Source: a virus
Taxonomy: Duplodnaviria > Caudoviricetes
Length of the DNA stretch: 45,077 bases
IMG/VR virus record: IMGVR_UViG_3300025018_000225
Coordinates: 1-45,077 of that record
Reading direction: 5' to 3' (one strand)
Part shown: piece by piece, positions 35,901 to 45,077 of the stretch
Numbering within the stretch: the stretch's first letter is position 1
How the letters are laid out: each line of letters starts with the position of its first letter
The notes under the pieces: model-generated
Databases searched by the model: none
What the model was told of the DNA's origin: nothing
Seen by the model: the letters and a program-made list of their open reading frames with translations, nothing else
Position numbers and translations under genes: made by a program

Positions 35901-38900
35901 CGGGTGTGCATCATCGCCATCCGCTTCATGCCGGCCTTGCGCTCGGCGTCGGTTCCCAGGCGGTTGTCGATGCGGCGCCGGAGGTCGACGCTGTCCAGCT
36001 TGATGGCCGGGATGTTCGGCGGCAGGGGCACGCCACCGGGCAGCTCGCCGCGGCGCAGGATGCTCTCGGCGACGTATTCCTTGGCGCGGTTGGTCTCGCT
36101 CTCGACTTCCTGGCCTACCTCGGTGCGCAGCTCCTTCCAGGCGGCGGTGCGCTCGCGCGTGATCTCAGCCATGGCCTGGGTGCGCAGATCGTCCTCGGCC
36201 ATGCGCCGGGCGTCCTCGCGCGCCTTCTGGTAGGTGGCGAAGTCGGCATCGCTCATGCCGGCGGCTTTGGCGTCGGCGAAGAGCGGGTCGTCGCCCAGGC
36301 TGGTGGCAGCGTCGGCGATCTCCTCCTGGGTGGCCAGTAGGCGGTCGAAGACGCCGCGGACCTCGGGCGAGAGGTTGACGGACAGGTTCTTGACCGACTT
36401 GTAGATCGCGGCCATCCAGGCGGCGAAGCGGGCGAAGACGCCGCGCAGCTCGGCGGACGGCGCCTTGCCTTCCAGCAGGTAAGCCTCGAAGCCGCGCGCC
36501 CACTGTTCGTGCTGGTCGACGGTAATCTTGGCCGGATCCGTCACCCCCATCCAAGCCATGGCGGTGGCGAGGTCGTCCTTGATGTCCTGCGGTGCACCGT
36601 CGCGGCCGGCGAGGTCGACCAGCATTTCCAGGTACAGGTGGCCGCTTTCATGCAGCACAGTCGACAGGTCGGTGTGCTCGAAGAGCCGGATGTCGGTCTG
36701 GCGCTGGCCGTTCTGGCGGCCGAAGGTGATGGAGCCGCGACGCTTGTCCTTGCGCTGCTCGTAGCTCTTGATGGAGACCTTGGAGTCGTCGAAGATGACG
36801 TAGTTGGTTCCGCCTCCGACCGGGGCATTGGCGATCTGCCCGGCTTTGTAGCGAATGCCCGGGATGCCCAACTCGCGCAGTTTGTCGCTTGCCGCCATGG
36901 GGCTGCCAGTCTTCCAGGCTAGGAACTCGTAAACGCTTCCGCCCAACTTAGACCGCCCGCGGGTAGCCTGTGGGCTGGCAAAATCTGAAAGGTTTTCCTT
37001 ATACTGCTTGGCAATACCGGCGTCCTTGAGGATCTTGCGGATTCCCTCGGGCTGCTTCTCCAGCGGCTTGTCCCAGTCGAGCATGGTGTCGTCGTCGGGG
37101 ATCTCGACTGTGTAAACCCTGCCGGTTGCCTGATCTCGTTTTGCTTCCTTCTTGGCTTCCAGCACTGCGATTGCGTCGGAGGCCACGGCGTATCCGCGGT
37201 CTCCCTTGATCTCTAAGAGCGTCTTCGCAGCAGCGCGGTCGCCGCCGGAATCGAATAGTGCCAGGGCGGCGGCGTGCGTCGGGTCTTGTCGATCGAATCG
37301 CTTGCCGTCATAGGTCACGATGCCGGCCGACAGCGCCTTCTTGTAGTGCTCGGCCACTTCCTTCTTGCCGGCGAAGTACAGGCCCCACCCGTAAGCCTGC
37401 GCGCCCTCGCCGCCCGGCCCGCCGACCTTGTCGTAGGCGAAGCGGTCGTAGGGCTGGCTGTTGCCGGTGCCGTGGTAGGCCGGCTGATTGAACGATCGCC
37501 CATTCGCCGCGTCGACCCGCGCGGCCTCCTGTACCAGCGCGTTCCATTCTGCGGATCCGCGCACGGGCGTCCGGTCTCCGTTGGCCTTGCGCCACTGCTT
37601 GAGGAGGTCGTCGAAGGCGAGGGAGTCGTCGCGGGTCACGATGGGCTGGTCGAGCGTCTGCCCGTCCTGGGCGAACTCGACCGCGGAGCGGATGCTGTCG
37701 GTGCGCGCCTGGTCCAGCTTGAGGGATTCGAGGACCGGCCCGACCTCAGCGGCCAGCGCAGCGGCCTGCTCCAGCTCGGCGAGGTCGCCACGGCCGGCGC
37801 GGATGGCGGTGACCAGCGTCTCCAGTTGGAAGGCGTCGGCGGTGAGCTTCTCCAGCTCGGGGCTGTTCTCGGCCTGTGCCCCGGCGGCGGTGGTGGCCAC
37901 GGGGTCGGGCCGGGCGGCGCCGGCGTCGCGGATCAGGTCGGCCAGGGTCTTGCCGCGCACGCGCAGGGCGGCGGCGAGGAGGTTGCCACGGGCAGCCTGC
38001 TCGGGCGTCATGGGTGCATTGGCGTCCGGCCGGAAGCCGAAGGCGGCCCCCAGGGCGCGCATGGCGTCGCCGGTGGTCATCTGCCCGCCGACGTCCTCAA
38101 GGGTGGCGGTGGCCTCCTGGATCAGCTTGAAGCCCGTGTCGCCGGCGGCCTGCTGGGCCAGCGCCTGGTCGGTGGCCTGCTGCGCCGCCATGCGGCCGGC
38201 GTCGATCGTGGCGAGTTGAGCGTCAGCGATCTTCGCCCGGCGCGCGGCCAGGATCTGGTCGGCGGTCTCGCGGGTGGGCTGGGCCAGGACCTCGGGGACG
38301 GGACGGTTGATGCCGACGTTCCACTCCATGAAGAGCTGGCGGGCGTCGGTGCGGTTGGGGTCGTCGGCCTTCCGGCCGGCGTTCCAGCGGGCGGCCATGG
38401 TGCGGAAGACAGCGGCCATCTGGGTGGCGCTGCGGCGGGCGCTGCCAGCGTCGTAGCCGGCGGCGGTGAGTTGCTGCTCGACATCGTCCAGAACGGCCTG
38501 GGCGGCTTCCTGGGCGGTCTGCTGGAGCTTCTGCTCGGGATCGTCCGGTAGGGTCTCCAGCTCCTTGACCGCCTCCTCGGCCTCGCGGGCGTTCATCATG
38601 CCGGGGTCGAGGCGGGCCTCGCGGGTGATCCATTCGCCGGTCGCCTTGTCCTTGGCTACATCGACGGCCAGGCGGCCGGTCTGGAGGGTCAGGGGTGCGC
38701 CGGTGCGCGCGGCCTCGTCGTAGGCCTTGGCGCCGTCGCCCATCAGCTCGGCGGCCTTGGCGCGGGGGTCCTGGTTGAGGCTCAGGAAGTGCTGGTCCCA
38801 GGCTTCGCGGTCGAGGTAGACCTGCGGCACCTTGTCGTTGAGCATCGACTGGTAGAGGGTCCGGGCGGCCTCCGGGCTGCGGCCGGCGGTCGTGCTCTCC

Positions 38901-40249
38901 TGGGCTGCCTGGATGACGCCGGCCAGGATCTGCTGGCCGCTGGCGGCCTGGATGAGGCGGTTGGCGTCCCGGTCCAGGGTGCCGCGGCTCGACAGGCTGG
39001 TGATGGCGCCGGGCAGGTTGAAGCCGCCGCCCGCGATGGCGCCGACCGAACCGGCCACGGCCAGGCGCGGCCAGAGCTGGTCCGGGTCGAGGGCCGCCGG
39101 GTTGATGCCGCTGCCGACCTCATGCAGGGCATGGGCGAGCTCGGTGACGGCTTCCTCGGTGCCTTCCAGGCCAGCGTCCAGCAGCAGGCGGCCGGCAACG
39201 CGGGACAGGCTCGGGGCGGCTTCCTTGGCCACGCCACGGGCCAGCAACGAGGTGATAATCTTCTCGGTGCCGGTCGTGCCGAAGGCTGCCGGGATGACGG
39301 TCTCGATGCCCCAGGAGGTCAGGCCGTTGGCCCAGCCCTCGTCCTGGCCGGTGAGAATGCCCTCGCGGATGGCCAGTGGCTGGACGGCGATGGCGGTGGC
39401 GGCGACACCGGCACCGATCCGGCCGAAGCGACTGGCGCCCATGATACCGCGAAGCGTTGTCAACGGGGCTAGAGCCGATCCGGCGAGCATCAAGGGCAGG
39501 TCGGCAGTCAGACCACCGAGGCCGCGCTGCACATCGGCCATGAAGCCGGGATCGTTGATCTGGCTGGCTTCGCCGATCTGCGCAACCTGGCGGGCGGTGC
39601 CGCTGGCGCGATCCTGGCCGGTCAGGGCGTCGCCGACGCTCTGCGCCAGGCGCAGGGTCGAACCGCCGGCGGTCAGGAATCCGGCAGAGAAGGCGCCACG
39701 ATCCTGAGCGCGTTCGGCGCGCATGCGGCGCTGCACGTCGTCGACGATGGCCAGGTTGTTCTGGCGCTGCATGTCGCGCAGGAGGTCGGCCGTGCTGCGG
39801 TAGTAGGTGCGATTGTTGCCCTGCATGGCACCCAGGACGGCGCCGTCCTTGTCCCAGGCGTATTCTGGCGACTCGCTGACGAACCGCTCCAAGGCGGCCA
39901 GGCGCGGCAGGTCGTCGGCGCTGATGGCGTAATGCTCGGGCTGCTGCGCCAGCCAGGCGGCGACCTTGGGCGAGGTCTTGCGGTACTGGTCCGGGTTGAA
40001 GTCGGCGCTCTTGGCCTGCTGCTCGACCTCGTCCAGGTTCCGGTCGACGAGGTCGGCCGGCAGCCCAGTACGATCGCGCAGGGCGATCACCTTGGCGGCG
40101 CGCTCGGGGGCCATCTTGCTGCCCAGGTAGGCGGTGGCGCGCAACGGATCGGCCCGGCCGTTGATCTCGGTGAAGACGTCGCGCGGAGCGGCTGCGGCCT
40201 CCTGCGTCGCGGCATTGGTCTGCTGGATGGCGTCGAATGGGTCGGGCAT
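32915..40249 (-). CDS. Large internal virion/ejection protein (polyvalent-protein-like)
   Basis: 2444 aa, helical; AYHGT...GWGLYF...NYVIFD ART-like domain; LHESGH...HEQWA zincin-like motif. Confidence 0.8.
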   Translation of the reverse strand: MPDPFDAIQQTNAATQEAAAAPRDVFTEINGRADPLRATAYLGSKMAPERAAKVIALRDRTGLPADLVDRNLDEVEQQAKSADFNPDQYRKTSPKVAAWLAQQPEHYAISADDLPRLAALERFVSESPEYAWDKDGAVLGAMQGNNRTYYRSTADLLRDMQRQNNLAIVDDVQRRMRAERAQDRGAFSAGFLTAGGSTLRLAQSVGDALTGQDRASGTARQVAQIGEASQINDPGFMADVQRGLGGLTADLPLMLAGSALAPLTTLRGIMGASRFGRIGAGVAATAIAVQPLAIREGILTGQDEGWANGLTSWGIETVIPAAFGTTGTEKIITSLLARGVAKEAAPSLSRVAGRLLLDAGLEGTEEAVTELAHALHEVGSGINPAALDPDQLWPRLAVAGSVGAIAGGGFNLPGAITSLSSRGTLDRDANRLIQAASGQQILAGVIQAAQESTTAGRSPEAARTLYQSMLNDKVPQVYLDREAWDQHFLSLNQDPRAKAAELMGDGAKAYDEAARTGAPLTLQTGRLAVDVAKDKATGEWITREARLDPGMMNAREAEEAVKELETLPDDPEQKLQQTAQEAAQAVLDDVEQQLTAAGYDAGSARRSATQMAAVFRTMAARWNAGRKADDPNRTDARQLFMEWNVGINRPVPEVLAQPTRETADQILAARRAKIADAQLATIDAGRMAAQQATDQALAQQAAGDTGFKLIQEATATLEDVGGQMTTGDAMRALGAAFGFRPDANAPMTPEQAARGNLLAAALRVRGKTLADLIRDAGAARPDPVATTAAGAQAENSPELEKLTADAFQLETLVTAIRAGRGDLAELEQAAALAAEVGPVLESLKLDQARTDSIRSAVEFAQDGQTLDQPIVTRDDSLAFDDLLKQWRKANGDRTPVRGSAEWNALVQEAARVDAANGRSFNQPAYHGTGNSQPYDRFAYDKVGGPGGEGAQAYGWGLYFAGKKEVAEHYKKALSAGIVTYDGKRFDRQDPTHAAALALFDSGGDRAAAKTLLEIKGDRGYAVASDAIAVLEAKKEAKRDQATGRVYTVEIPDDDTMLDWDKPLEKQPEGIRKILKDAGIAKQYKENLSDFASPQATRGRSKLGGSVYEFLAWKTGSPMAASDKLRELGIPGIRYKAGQIANAPVGGGTNYVIFDDSKVSIKSYEQRKDKRRGSITFGRQNGQRQTDIRLFEHTDLSTVLHESGHLYLEMLVDLAGRDGAPQDIKDDLATAMAWMGVTDPAKITVDQHEQWARGFEAYLLEGKAPSAELRGVFARFAAWMAAIYKSVKNLSVNLSPEVRGVFDRLLATQEEIADAATSLGDDPLFADAKAAGMSDADFATYQKAREDARRMAEDDLRTQAMAEITRERTAAWKELRTEVGQEVESETNRAKEYVAESILRRGELPGGVPLPPNIPAIKLDSVDLRRRIDNRLGTDAERKAGMKRMAMMHTRESGIPVDQAATLLGFDSGDALLRALLTLRPRKELIEAETDQRMRARFGDMLTDGSIAEKAMASLHNERRADVHLAEVRALAARVGKKVAPIEVLREAAKRKIDATPAKDLLPSLYARAESKARRALEKALAKQDFPAAWNAKQTELLNHELYRAAIDAKREADEIQAYAKKFNEDKTRKRIGKAGGWEYTVTYPDGRTADFPNVSEAKAAAEKVPGSRYDETSSYLIQIDALLERYEFRRVTNKAIDRRQSLREWAAIQQAAGATVNLPPEVLNDAQKRNWRQAPLAELRGVRDALAHIAHLAKTKNQLTKAQRERELDQLAGTLRDTLARTHPKQNVPDAGSKASWGPAFIAYHRKAANIARVMDGDEDAGPFWDALIRPMNEAADAEAVRLREAKDKQEAIWKRWEQEAKGDGWKTSERRAFAGFKGGLDRLGAIMVALNWGNEGNRNRLMEGGQGLGKITEPQVQAVLDSLNAADWNLVEDIWSHVDSYWSDIKALEQRATGVAPAKVAASPFPTKNHGTIKGGYFPITYDGQETGRIIVGSDDASGAEQAKQMMALSFGRTQTAHGHTKERTIGQGRRLSLDPGVIGQHLTKVIHDLTHREALADTMRILLHEDVRGAIDSRMGSATTKALRQWIADIATGGQMPDAVARGISLARRGFSISTMGFKATTAALQLTGFSNSAVRVGPARMAKAIATLYSAKDGTTAWAFVPSKSTMMAERERTQTREINEILGQFQRGKFATFQAMVGKYAFWMLQKVQSFVDRATWLAAYEKAIDEGHADELAVSIADQTVLDTQSGGQTKDLAGVQRSPYAQILTGAYTYGSLVFNQVYDQGAKISRNPKDFATWAGALGNMMLATAIPTIGSVLLRSLTRDDWPDEKDGIAKRLGIEFASTILGSTVLVRELGGMFSGFDYSGPGVTKPFADLTKLGNQAMQGDLDVGLLRAVINATGSAFGLPSSQAWAMGAGAVEWLENPSPDIRPIIFGPPPRR

Positions 40250-42006
40250 TACTGGCCTGCGATGATGGAGTCGTAGAGGGCGCGGTCGCCGATCAGGGCG
40301 GCGGCATAGGCGCGCTGGACCCGATCGTCAGTTGCCTCCTGTCCCTTGGCTGCGATGGCGGAGCGGATGGCGTCGTTGTGGTTGGCCGGAACCTGCTCGA
40401 TCGGGACGTAGGCCTTCCCGCGCTCGTCGGTTGTGAGGGTCGCGGCCACGCGCTCGGGATCGCGTCCCCATTCGTTGATCCTCACCTTCTTCATCATGGT
40501 CGTGTCGATGGCCTTCTGGACATCGTCGGCGGTCGGTTGCTCGCGCTTGTTGGCGGCAGCGATGCGCGCGGCCTCCTGCTGGACCTGGCTGCGGAAGGCG
40601 ACGGCCTGCGGGTTGTTGGTCACCTCGCCCTTGCTGTTGGTGTAGTAGGGGCGCGGGTCCATGCCGAGCTGCGCCAGGGCCTGGTTGACCTTCTCCTCGC
40701 GGGTGTTCAGCCAGTCGGCGCCCTCGGTCTTGCCGGCGCGCATGTCCTTCTGGAGGGCGGCGAGGGCGTTGAAGTCGTCCTCGTTCATGCGGTCGATGTA
40801 GTCGAGGAGGTTGGCCTTGGTGAAGGCCTCGCGCGTCGCCGGGTTGCCGGCGGTCTGCTCGATCTGGTAGCGCACGGCCTTGGATGCCTGCCACGGCAGG
40901 GGCTCACCCTTGGCCCGGCGCAGCGTCCAGGCCTTGAGGCGCTCCTCGCGCTCGGGTCCCATGGCCGTGCGCTCGCCAGCGGTCAGGGCGTCGAAGCCAC
41001 GCGGGTCGCCTTTGACCTTCTCGTAGGCGGCGGTGAAGGTCTTGTCCTGGACCTGCTCGATCGCGCGGCGGCGCAGGGCGTCGCGCTCGTCGAGGCGGCG
41101 CTTCACCTCGGCCTGGACCTGCTGGTCCTCGATGCCGTCGGCCTCGGTGTACATCGCCTCCAGCGTCTTGTCGGGGCTGTAGATCTCCGCGCTCTTCTGC
41201 TGCGCCAGGGTCTTGGTGGTGCCCAGCTCCAGGGCGCGCTGGAGGGCGTCGCGGGCCTTGGGCTCCAGGGTGTCCTTGTGCTGGTCGAAGAGCTGCTTGG
41301 CGGCGACGGAATGGCCGGCCTCGTTGTAGCTGTTGATGACCGTGGCGTAGGCCTCGGCCTGGTCCTGGCGGTTGAGCTCGGCGAGCTGCTCGGGGTTGAG
41401 CCCGCGGCGGCGCGCGAGCGCCTCGTTGCGCACCGCCAGCATTTCGAGCCGGGTCTGGACCTGGGCCAGCCCCTCCTCGCCGTTCACCGGGTCGGCGTTG
41501 ATGCGGATGGAGCGCACCAGCTCGTTGCGCGAGTTCTGGAAGTCGAGGTCGTAGGACCGCTCGCCCTCGGCATAGGCGCGGTTGCGCACCGCGCCCTGGA
41601 AGGTGACCTCCTGCTTGAGGCGGAAGTTGCCGAAGGCGGCGCGCTGCTCGTCGTTGCCCAGCTTGGCGGCGATGTCGTCCAGGCCCTTGCTGTAGCGCTC
41701 CTCGAAGTCGCCGCGCTTGGCAACGGCATCGTCGAGCTGGTGCTTCTCGTATTCGAGCTGGAGGCCGTTGGCCAGGGCAGTGCTCTCAGCCAGGGCGCGC
41801 GCCATCTGCGCGTCGTTGCCGCGCTGGCGCTCCTCGGCCATGATGCGATCGGTGACGCCGGCGACGGTGCCAGCGGCGCGGCCCAGGGCCTGGACGCCCT
41901 CGCCGATTGCGGCGCCCATCGCGTCGGGCGTGGCGCGCAGGTTCAGACGGGTATCGGCTGCCGGCGCCTGGCGGACCTGCTGTCGGTAGATGGGGATGTC
42001 GACCAT
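40249..42006 (-). CDS. Internal virion protein (T7 gp15-like position)
   Basis: MVDIPIY.QQV start; all-helical; synteny. Confidence 0.7.
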   Translation of the reverse strand: MVDIPIYRQQVRQAPAADTRLNLRATPDAMGAAIGEGVQALGRAAGTVAGVTDRIMAEERQRGNDAQMARALAESTALANGLQLEYEKHQLDDAVAKRGDFEERYSKGLDDIAAKLGNDEQRAAFGNFRLKQEVTFQGAVRNRAYAEGERSYDLDFQNSRNELVRSIRINADPVNGEEGLAQVQTRLEMLAVRNEALARRRGLNPEQLAELNRQDQAEAYATVINSYNEAGHSVAAKQLFDQHKDTLEPKARDALQRALELGTTKTLAQQKSAEIYSPDKTLEAMYTEADGIEDQQVQAEVKRRLDERDALRRRAIEQVQDKTFTAAYEKVKGDPRGFDALTAGERTAMGPEREERLKAWTLRRAKGEPLPWQASKAVRYQIEQTAGNPATREAFTKANLLDYIDRMNEDDFNALAALQKDMRAGKTEGADWLNTREEKVNQALAQLGMDPRPYYTNSKGEVTNNPQAVAFRSQVQQEAARIAAANKREQPTADDVQKAIDTTMMKKVRINEWGRDPERVAATLTTDERGKAYVPIEQVPANHNDAIRSAIAAKGQEATDDRVQRAYAAALIGDRALYDSIIAGQ

Positions 42007-42521
42007 TAGCCGATCCTCGGGTTGGAACTGCGGTAGCTCTCGACGCCCTGAGCCGCCATGCTGATAGCCTGAGCGCCTCCCGTCAGAAGTGTACCCACGG
42101 CTTGATTGCTGGCCGCGCGTGCGCCCATGCGGCCGTTGGCCCGGGTAGTGGCGGCCTGGGTGCGGATGCCCCGGGCCTCTTCCATGGCGTTGAGGCGCAC
42201 CGTCCGCATGTCGCGGGCGTTCAGCTCCAGGGTCTCGATCTGCATGTCGGCCGCGGTGCCGACGCCCACGTCAATGCCCTGGCCAGCGAAGCCCGCGCGC
42301 TGCTCGCCCTGGACCCGCCGGCCTTCCTGCCCAACCCTCCGCGCGTCCTCTTCGCCGCGTGCGATGGCGTCGACCGCCATGTCGTCGAGCTGCTTGGCGT
42401 CGTACTCGGCCATGGCCTGGTTGTAGACCCCGGCCGCGTCCGTGGCCAAGGCGCTGTAGATGCCGCCGGCCAGCGACAGGCCGGCGCCCACGCCGAAGAT
42501 TGGGGCTGCTGATGCGCCCAT
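42006..42521 (-). CDS. Internal virion protein (T7 gp14-like)
   Basis: Ala/Gly-rich; GEQRAGFAGQGIDVG.GTA.D motif. Confidence 0.75.
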   Translation of the reverse strand: MGASAAPIFGVGAGLSLAGGIYSALATDAAGVYNQAMAEYDAKQLDDMAVDAIARGEEDARRVGQEGRRVQGEQRAGFAGQGIDVGVGTAADMQIETLELNARDMRTVRLNAMEEARGIRTQAATTRANGRMGARAASNQAVGTLLTGGAQAISMAAQGVESYRSSNPRIG

Positions 42522-42523
42522 GG

Positions 42524-45077
42524 TCAGGTCCCTCCGATCTTGCCCTGGGGGATGATGGCCAGGATGGTCATGGGCAGCGGATCCCGCTGCTCGACCACGA
42601 CCTTGCCCGTCTTCTCCCAGGTGGTGTCGACATTCTCCTCGATGAGCCCGGTGAAGGGCGGGATCGGGTCGTCGTAGTCTTCGGCCTGCTCGTCCTCGTG
42701 CTCGAAGAGCTGGCCATCGCCGAAGCCCAGCCAGAGCCCACGGCTGTCCTTCACCTTGACCCCGACCGCGTGGATCTTGCGCTTCTTGTCGGTCCAGGTC
42801 TCACCCTGGACGTTCTCGGCGTCGAGGGTCTCAATGCGCGCGGTATAGGGCAGGCCGACGTGGGCGATCACGGCCGGCGATGCCAGGGTGATGCTGCCGC
42901 CGGTGACGACCACCTCGGGGTTGACGGAGCCGTCGCAGAGCGCGGTGACCGTGCGGCCTTCCAGATGGTCGAGGCCGGTGACGGTGTCGACGGCCAGAGC
43001 CCAGGCGGTTGCCGCGGTTGCCCGGATGCTGACGGGCAAGGCGCGGTCGGCGCGCACCGTCACCACGGTTGGCGAGGTGTAGGCGGTGATCGTGCAGGCG
43101 TAGCGTGCGGTCTCGATCTCTTCCGTGTCCGGGTCTACCTCCTCGACATAGAAGATGACCTCGTCGCCCACGTTCGAGGCGGCGAAGGTTCCGGCGCTGG
43201 CCGTGCAGGTCAGCTCCTCAGTGTCGTCCCAGGCGGTGCCGCCGGTGAGCGTCATGGTCGTCGCGCCGACGTTGCGACCATCGTAGGTGAGGCCGCAGTC
43301 CACGAAGAAGGCATCGACCGCGATGTCGGTGAACTGGCGCGAGGCGAAGCGCTCGATGTAGCGGGTCCAGGCGCCATCGACGTAGCGACGGACGATCACA
43401 TAGACAGCGTCCTCGCGGCCCTCGGGCACGGTGCAGACGTCCGTGTAGGTGTCGTCGCCGCCGGCCGTCAGGTGGCGATGCCAGCCCCAGACGTCGTGAT
43501 CGCGGACGTAGGTTAGGCCCAGCATCATGCCGTCGTCGCGCACGCACCAGTTGACCGAATGCGGGATCTTCTGGTAGTCCATGGCCACGATTTCATGGCC
43601 GTCGAAGAGGTTGGGGCAGAAGATGGTGAGGTCGCGGCCCTGGTAGCCATCGCTCTCGTAGTCGTAGCGCAGATCGCGGACGAAGCTGCCGCGCGCCTGG
43701 ACGTAGAGGGCGGTGTTGCCAATGATGACGGGTGCGATGGCCGCGGCGCCGTCATAGCCCTGCTGCTTGGGGTTGATCTCGCCGGGCCGAATGACGCCGT
43801 CGCTGCCGCCAGCGATCGTCCACTCGGCCGAATCGGTCAGCACGACCATGCGCCCGCCAACCTCGATGAGGTGGCGCACAGCGTTGACCTGCCGTCCGGC
43901 GAGCTGGAACTCGATGGAGTCGTCGCTCTGGATCGGCGAGCTCTTCGCGTAGTTGGAGAAATTGCCGACCTGCGACAACCAGACGCGCTCCGGATCGTCC
44001 TCGCTGTTGGCGAGGGCCAGGCGCTGCTGGACATAGGTGACGGTCGACGGGTAGGCGCCGGCCTCGGCGAAGAGGTCGCGCTCGATCGGCGGCGTGAGGC
44101 TGGCCTGGGCCGCGATGTTGGTGTCCGAGAAGCTGATGGTCGCGGCGCTGGCGTTGCCGTTGGCCTCGCCGATGAACTCGAAGACGCCGTCTTTGTAGCG
44201 GTAGAACCACAGGCCGAATCCCTCGCCAGGGTTGTCGGCGGTGATGACGTGCGGCGCGCTGGCGGTGGGAGCAGCGGCGCTGTCGATGCGGGCGTAGGGC
44301 CGTGCCGCGGTGCCGTCGGCAGTGTAGGCAGTATGCGCCGTCGAGTCCTCGCCGTCGAGGGTGAAGGTGTTGGCGCCCGTCTTGGTGACGACGAAGGTCC
44401 GCCCATTGAGCTGGATCATGCCGCCCAGGCCGGCGAGATAGACCTCGTCTCCGGTGCTGTAGGGATGGCCGACGACCGTGATCTCGCAGGGGCTGGCTTG
44501 GGTTGCGCCGGTGACGGTTGTTGCCGTCTCGCGGCCGGGATAGCTCTCTTCGAGCGTGTCCTTGTTGAAGGCCGTGATCTGGTAGCGGTAGGAGTTGCCG
44601 CCTCCGCCCCCAGCCACAGCCGTGCAATCAGCCGGTCGGTCGACGGCCGGCGCGAAGCTCTTGAGCGTCAGCGTCCATGCGGTGTGCCCGGTGCGGCGCA
44701 GCTCGCGCGGAGCGTAGTCGGGGTGCACCAGCGTGACGATGTCGCCGCTCTGGACGTACTGGATGGCCCGCAGGTCATCAGCCGCGTAGGGCGTCGGGAT
44801 CTCGTAGAAGCCAACGGTCATCGGCGCCCAATAGGTGACGTTGGGCGGGGTGTGGTTGAGGTGATCGGCGATGCAGTAGTAGGTCGTTCCGGCGAAGCTG
44901 GCCATGTCGCCGACGAGGTAGGTGGTCAGGGCCGACCAGGCGGTCGCCGACGGCACGACGGCGCCGCCATCGCGGTAGACCCGCATGTACTGCTCGCCGA
45001 ACTCCAGGATGTAGGTCTGGTCGGCGTTGAAGACGAACTTGAAGAGACGCGACGGGTGGGCGTCACCGTCGCGCGCC
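42524..45077 (-). CDS. Tail tubular protein B / nozzle, allele 2 (5' end off window)
   Basis: Frame open to the window end; QSGD...HP...PREL.R, YP.TV...QQRL, WHRH, GLDHLEG motifs. Confidence 0.9.
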   Translation of the reverse strand, partial: ARDGDAHPSRLFKFVFNADQTYILEFGEQYMRVYRDGGAVVPSATAWSALTTYLVGDMASFAGTTYYCIADHLNHTPPNVTYWAPMTVGFYEIPTPYAADDLRAIQYVQSGDIVTLVHPDYAPRELRRTGHTAWTLTLKSFAPAVDRPADCTAVAGGGGGNSYRYQITAFNKDTLEESYPGRETATTVTGATQASPCEITVVGHPYSTGDEVYLAGLGGMIQLNGRTFVVTKTGANTFTLDGEDSTAHTAYTADGTAARPYARIDSAAAPTASAPHVITADNPGEGFGLWFYRYKDGVFEFIGEANGNASAATISFSDTNIAAQASLTPPIERDLFAEAGAYPSTVTYVQQRLALANSEDDPERVWLSQVGNFSNYAKSSPIQSDDSIEFQLAGRQVNAVRHLIEVGGRMVVLTDSAEWTIAGGSDGVIRPGEINPKQQGYDGAAAIAPVIIGNTALYVQARGSFVRDLRYDYESDGYQGRDLTIFCPNLFDGHEIVAMDYQKIPHSVNWCVRDDGMMLGLTYVRDHDVWGWHRHLTAGGDDTYTDVCTVPEGREDAVYVIVRRYVDGAWTRYIERFASRQFTDIAVDAFFVDCGLTYDGRNVGATTMTLTGGTAWDDTEELTCTASAGTFAASNVGDEVIFYVEEVDPDTEEIETARYACTITAYTSPTVVTVRADRALPVSIRATAATAWALAVDTVTGLDHLEGRTVTALCDGSVNPEVVVTGGSITLASPAVIAHVGLPYTARIETLDAENVQGETWTDKKRKIHAVGVKVKDSRGLWLGFGDGQLFEHEDEQAEDYDDPIPPFTGLIEENVDTTWEKTGKVVVEQRDPLPMTILAIIPQGKIGGT
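42703..45077. repeat. Imperfect terminal direct repeat, copy 2
   Basis: Offset of 42702 from copy 1. Confidence 0.95.

Noticed and set aside
42703-45077. T7-style physical terminal repeats
   Set aside because: Copies are clearly non-identical and break mid-gene; a circular assembly with an allele bubble explains them better

Overview
Apparently complete ~42.7 kb high-GC podovirus genome of BPP-1/epsilon15-like architecture, assembled as a circle. Positions 1-2375 repeat, imperfectly, at 42703-45077, so the unit length is 42702 bp. Almost all genes are on the minus strand: an early/replication operon (Cro-like, RecT, pentapeptide repeat protein, PD-(D/E)XK exonuclease, RecU-like, ASCH, initiator, DnaC-like ATPase), then TerL, portal, scaffold, major capsid, cement, tail tubes A/B, three internal virion proteins, a beta-helix tailspike and two membrane proteins. 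Only two credible genes are on the plus strand: an XRE-HTH fused to a large serine recombinase with no catalytic domain, and an orphan TerS just beyond an attP-like site. Most notable: (1) the repressor/recombinase chimera with a perfect 20-bp inverted repeat upstream and an attP-like site inside its 3' end; (2) a Lar-like + PAPS-reductase-like + DpdA/TGT-like module with two 9-nt G/C homopolymers (one frameshifting) and 147-bp direct repeats, suggesting switchable DNA modification; (3) an endonuclease-VII-type gene that captured the original TerL N-terminus and supplies a replacement; (4) three exact copies of an 18-bp motif defining probable late promoters, two of them leaderless. All family calls are by-eye motif and synteny recognition, not database searches.
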